Below are positions 60,378 to 64,000 of a stretch of DNA of 64,000 bases, one piece after another; position 1 is the stretch's first letter; each line of letters begins with the position of its first letter. The position numbers and the translations under genes are program-made. Below the pieces are notes generated by a model. The model was not told the origin of the DNA. It did not search any database and was given only the letters and a program-made list of their open reading frames with translations. The stretch comes from Hormiphora californensis (taxonomy: Eukaryota > Animalia > Ctenophora): the NCBI GenBank assembly GCA_020137815.1, contig CM035355.1, positions 1 through 64,000 on the forward strand. Direction: 5' to 3'.

Positions 60378-62656
60378 GACGGAACCGCTCTTGTATGGAC
60401 CAAATTTATTCCCTCCGTACCATCATCCACCAGTGCATTGATTATAATTTACCGTTGTATATAAACTAAAGACAAGGTTGTTTCAGGAGGTATTCGGATC
60501 TGCTTCAGAGTTGTAATCGGAGGTGTCCTATCCTTCCCCTTTCCCGTGTCGAGCAGGCAATTCTAGCAAAGCAATTCTTTACTATTTCCCTTCCTAGGGC
60601 TATTATAGCAGGGGGGCTGCTGATGCAGTTGGGCTGACTTTTGTTTGTAGCATGACCCCATGAGGGCTGCTGGCTTTATTTCTTTATCCCGATTTATAGT
60701 CTGTTATTTAATTTCAGCTAACAAGTTGTTTTCCAGAAGTTCATGTGTCCCGTTTTTTCTTAGGCTTTTTTCAATTTTTGGAGTATATAATCAGTAGATG
60801 TGTCTATTTTGTTCTAAGTGAGTCAGGATATTAGCAACCTTGGTGTACCGCTCTGAATCTGGGCAGTGTTGGACTCATGACAATGATCCAGCCCTGTCTG
60901 GACTGTATACTAAAATCCCTTTATTATTATTACAGTCGGACCCCGATTTAACGGCACCCTTGGGGGGAAGGGTTTTGTCCGTTAAATCGGGGTGTCCGCT
61001 AAATCGGGGTCAAACACTGTTAATTTTCTATATCGGGGAAGATTATGATGCCATTAAATCGGGGTGTCGCTAAATCGGGGGCCGTTAAATCGGGGTCCGA
61101 CTGTATTATTATTATTATTATTATGATCCAGTGTAGTAACTAATAACTATGACCTTTTCCTAGCATTCTATCAACATGATGTCTATTTGCCATTCCAAAA
61201 AACTTCAACAGTTCAACACTCCTGCCAAAAACCAGGTATGGATATGATTAAGTTTTGCATTTAACTTTTCGTCTGATGTTTTGACCCCATGAATTTTTGA
61301 TGCATTTATAATTCTAAGTCCATGAGGAAGTTGAAAAGTTTGAAAACTTTTCAAACTTTTCAACACTACTTTAAACAAATTAATTTGAGCCTGAAGATGG
61401 TGCTGAGCACCGAAATTGGTAGCGTTTTTCTACAATAAAAACCACGTCTATTCATTTGTCCAGCCGGAAGGAGAAAACAAAACTTCCTCACGTACTATAG
61501 ACGTACTTTTGATGTACTATAGACGTAGTAAAGACGTACTAAAGACGATTCAGACGAACTATAGACGATACGTCGCAACAAAAGCCCAAGTGCCCGAGAC
61601 GTATTACCACAAATTTACAAACTTGGGGATATTCTGAGGAAGTTTATAGACGCTTTTCAAAAATTTGTCGATAATACCGTGTGATTTTAAATGACTGGGA
61701 CTGGTATATTGCGAATTGCGTAAAAACTATGGCATCTTTCGACTTCAAATCTTGGGACATGATAAAACCAGGTTGTAGCAATTTTCTCCTAGTTTTACAG
61801 CTAATTTCAATGTTCCTGAATGAATCTATTGCTCAAAAACATCCTCCAACTTTACACAGTCATATCTCTGGAGTCTAATGAAATAGAGAGTTCAAATTTT
61901 TTCCCCGCCCGGGTGAATGCCGAAGGCATTCACCCGGATGCCTTTTGCAAAAAGGCATAGGGGTTTAGAATTCGACAAGTTAACATACTAGTGAAGTGTC
62001 ACGCTTTTTTTGTCCCGTGACGTAACCCATCCATTATAGCAACCATCCAGTGCAGAGTGCTCAAAATACCATTTGAAATACTTCACACACGCTCTAATTC
62101 ATTTTAATTCAATAATTCAAATTGTCCACGAAGGCGACGCCCGCAAAGTTATTACAGTGCTGAAATGACGCACTTTCATTAGAACGCACAGCCCGGCCGG
62201 CGCCGCGCACCCCTTCCTGTTTGCAATTCATTCATCGTTCGTCATGTGTTCGTCATTACAATTGCGCTCTGGTATTGTCATTGATTACATGAGGTCAGTT
62301 GAGTGGAGATCACATAGACTAGAAAAGGAGCCTAATTAGGCAGCTCATCACCTGCACTGTTCTGTCTCACCTTTCAGAATCTCATTAGGTCATGGGTGAT
62401 GGGATGTAATTAGGAGTGTCACATGCCAATGGCGGGGAAATACAGCACTATGGATACATAGTGCAAATATTCTTGTTAGGAGAAACAGATAAGACGATTT
62501 CGAATATTTTGTCTGCTTTACGAGTTGCTACATTTTACCATTTGTTCACAGGAACTGTTTAAAGTAATGTAACACGATCTAATTAGGCCAAATTTAGGTC
62601 ATTTTACCCCTCAAAGATCACATGTCCAGCTGCATCTAAAGTACTCCCCAAACTAC

Positions 62657-63950
62657 AGGGTTGTTTGTTGTTGTTGTATGCGCCTCCGCTTCCAATCCTC
62701 TACTTGTGATTTTATCCCGTCCGGCAGCCAGTTCCTCACGCCCGAGAAGGACGGAGCTCAGGTTCCAGAGTTTCCTCTTTCCCCCGGGAGAGTTTTCTTC
62801 CTCCGTCTTATGTCCATGGTTTTGGAGATAAGGGTGGAATCGTCTCCCATAACTATCTTAACAGGTCCCATGAAGAGGACCGCACCAGCACTGTTTTCAC
62901 ATTGTGCCAGTCTCGGATATCTCTAGCGACCCTTGGTGAGTGGCATCTCAGCATTGATCGCTCTAGATGTGGCCTTGGCTAGGACAATTCGGACGCTCCA
63001 TTGACTATGGCACCTTTGTAGATTTTGCGCTGCCAACCTCTGATTTGTAATCAGTACTCCATGTGGGTTCATGGAACATCACTTTTTGTTCGTGATGCAG
63101 ATGCAGCGTCCGGCCGTTCATGGGGTAGTTAGGGCAGGTTCCTTCCCAATTAACGGAACTCTGGCGTGTGAAATGTTTAGTGGGTTAGGTATCTATGTGC
63201 GTCACTCATAGAAATTTGTTTTGTAGCATGGGATAGTGGTTTGTTCTGTTTGTTGATCAGGTTTTTGTGGAGGCTTGTTTGTTAGTAGAGAGTGATGATG
63301 TTGGTTTGTTACCTTCATCGTTTGGGGGGTAATCGCCATTTGGGAATATCCTACGCTTCTCATGGACTTTTGAAGAAGCGTAGGTAGTAGCGAGGCTACT
63401 GGTTAGTGTAGTTTCTCCCTGTTGGGCTACGGAAACACCCCTTGAGTTTATCTCGACCTCGGCGTGGGAATTTTGCCGAGTGTCGGTGGTAGCTAACCAG
63501 TTATGACCTAGCTTGTTAGACCTTTTATACCTGTCCAGAGGCTAGGTGGACAGAAGGTAGATGTGGGCCAGTTGAGATTAGACCTCCTCCAGCCTGGACT
63601 TTTGCTGGAGGACGGGTTTTGGCCGGTATTTAGCCATCTACTTTGGCCCAGTGCACAAGGCTGGGGAGATGGTGTAATACCGGCCGGGGGTATCTCTATT
63701 CAGAGAGAGATGAGTCATGAGCGGATTAGAGAAAGGAAGAGAGAAAAACACACCACCCAAGGAGGGCAGCTCTGTTTCCTTGGAGTGGTATGTGAGATGC
63801 TCCAGGCAGTTCAAGAGCTTCATGGTTTACCCCGGGGTATGCCGGGTCACCCCTGAAGATTCCCTGCCTGGTCTGTAGGACACTATTGCTATCTAAAAAA
63901 ATAGACATTAGCCGCGGCCTGCATCTCAAGGGCGTGGGAAGGAATCTCAC
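62657..63950 (-). mobile_element. Unclassified 1.3-kb retro-like insertion in MITE D
   Basis: Direct repeat CCCCAAACTAC at 62646-62656 and 63951-63961 splits MITE D. (CAA)n tail on the minus strand. 5' end GTGAGATTCCTTCC..ACGCC is shared with ~39415. Confidence 0.6.
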
Positions 63951-64000
63951 CCCCAAACTACTATGTCCCTCACTCGGGTTTTGTGAAATTTCCCACGGTC

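Larger units (their letters stand above)
57175..60468 (+). pseudogene. RTE LINE 5' portion (5' UTR, APE endonuclease, partial RT), degraded and interrupted
   Basis: LATWNVLSL, LTETHW, GVGIVL, AYAPTN and GDFNARVG, then peptides matching the 6869-8758 family. Interrupted at 58594 and 60130. Confidence 0.9.

Noticed and set aside
29053-60930. Repeat O copies as TIRs of a 32-kb element
   Set aside because: No TSD and the ends are not matched; better explained as two dispersed copies in opposite orientation.

Overview
Eukaryotic (probably invertebrate animal) genomic DNA made almost entirely of nested transposable elements. The only host gene I can support is the 3' end of a sorting nexin on the + strand (SNX25-like): a short PX-domain exon (~17454-17518) that splices in phase across a 10.7-kb TE-filled intron to a terminal Nexin_C exon (28240-28774). 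Retroelements: two CR1/L2-group LINEs, three RTE copies, an RTEX-like LINE, a Penelope element carrying an antisense Penelope fragment, and LINE ORF1-only elements. Two head-to-tail Helitron arrays are present. Non-autonomous DNA transposons have readable TSDs: TTAA (Kolobok/piggyBac-like), 3-bp (PIF-like), TA (Tc1/pogo-like), 8-bp (hAT- and Merlin-like) and 9-bp (MULE-like). Insertion order can be rebuilt from TSDs and from empty sites elsewhere in the window, giving three nests of 10-16 kb. Most unusual: (1) four elements with 9-bp TSDs whose ends are TT + a 15-nt GG...CC triloop hairpin, conserved in structure but not in sequence; (2) retrotransposed ORF1-only LINE derivatives; (3) a CR1-type ORF2 with a hydrophobic leader and a degenerate 2A-like NPGP motif before the endonuclease. 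Family letters are my own labels. Superfamily calls rest on terminus/TSD signatures only; no database search was run.
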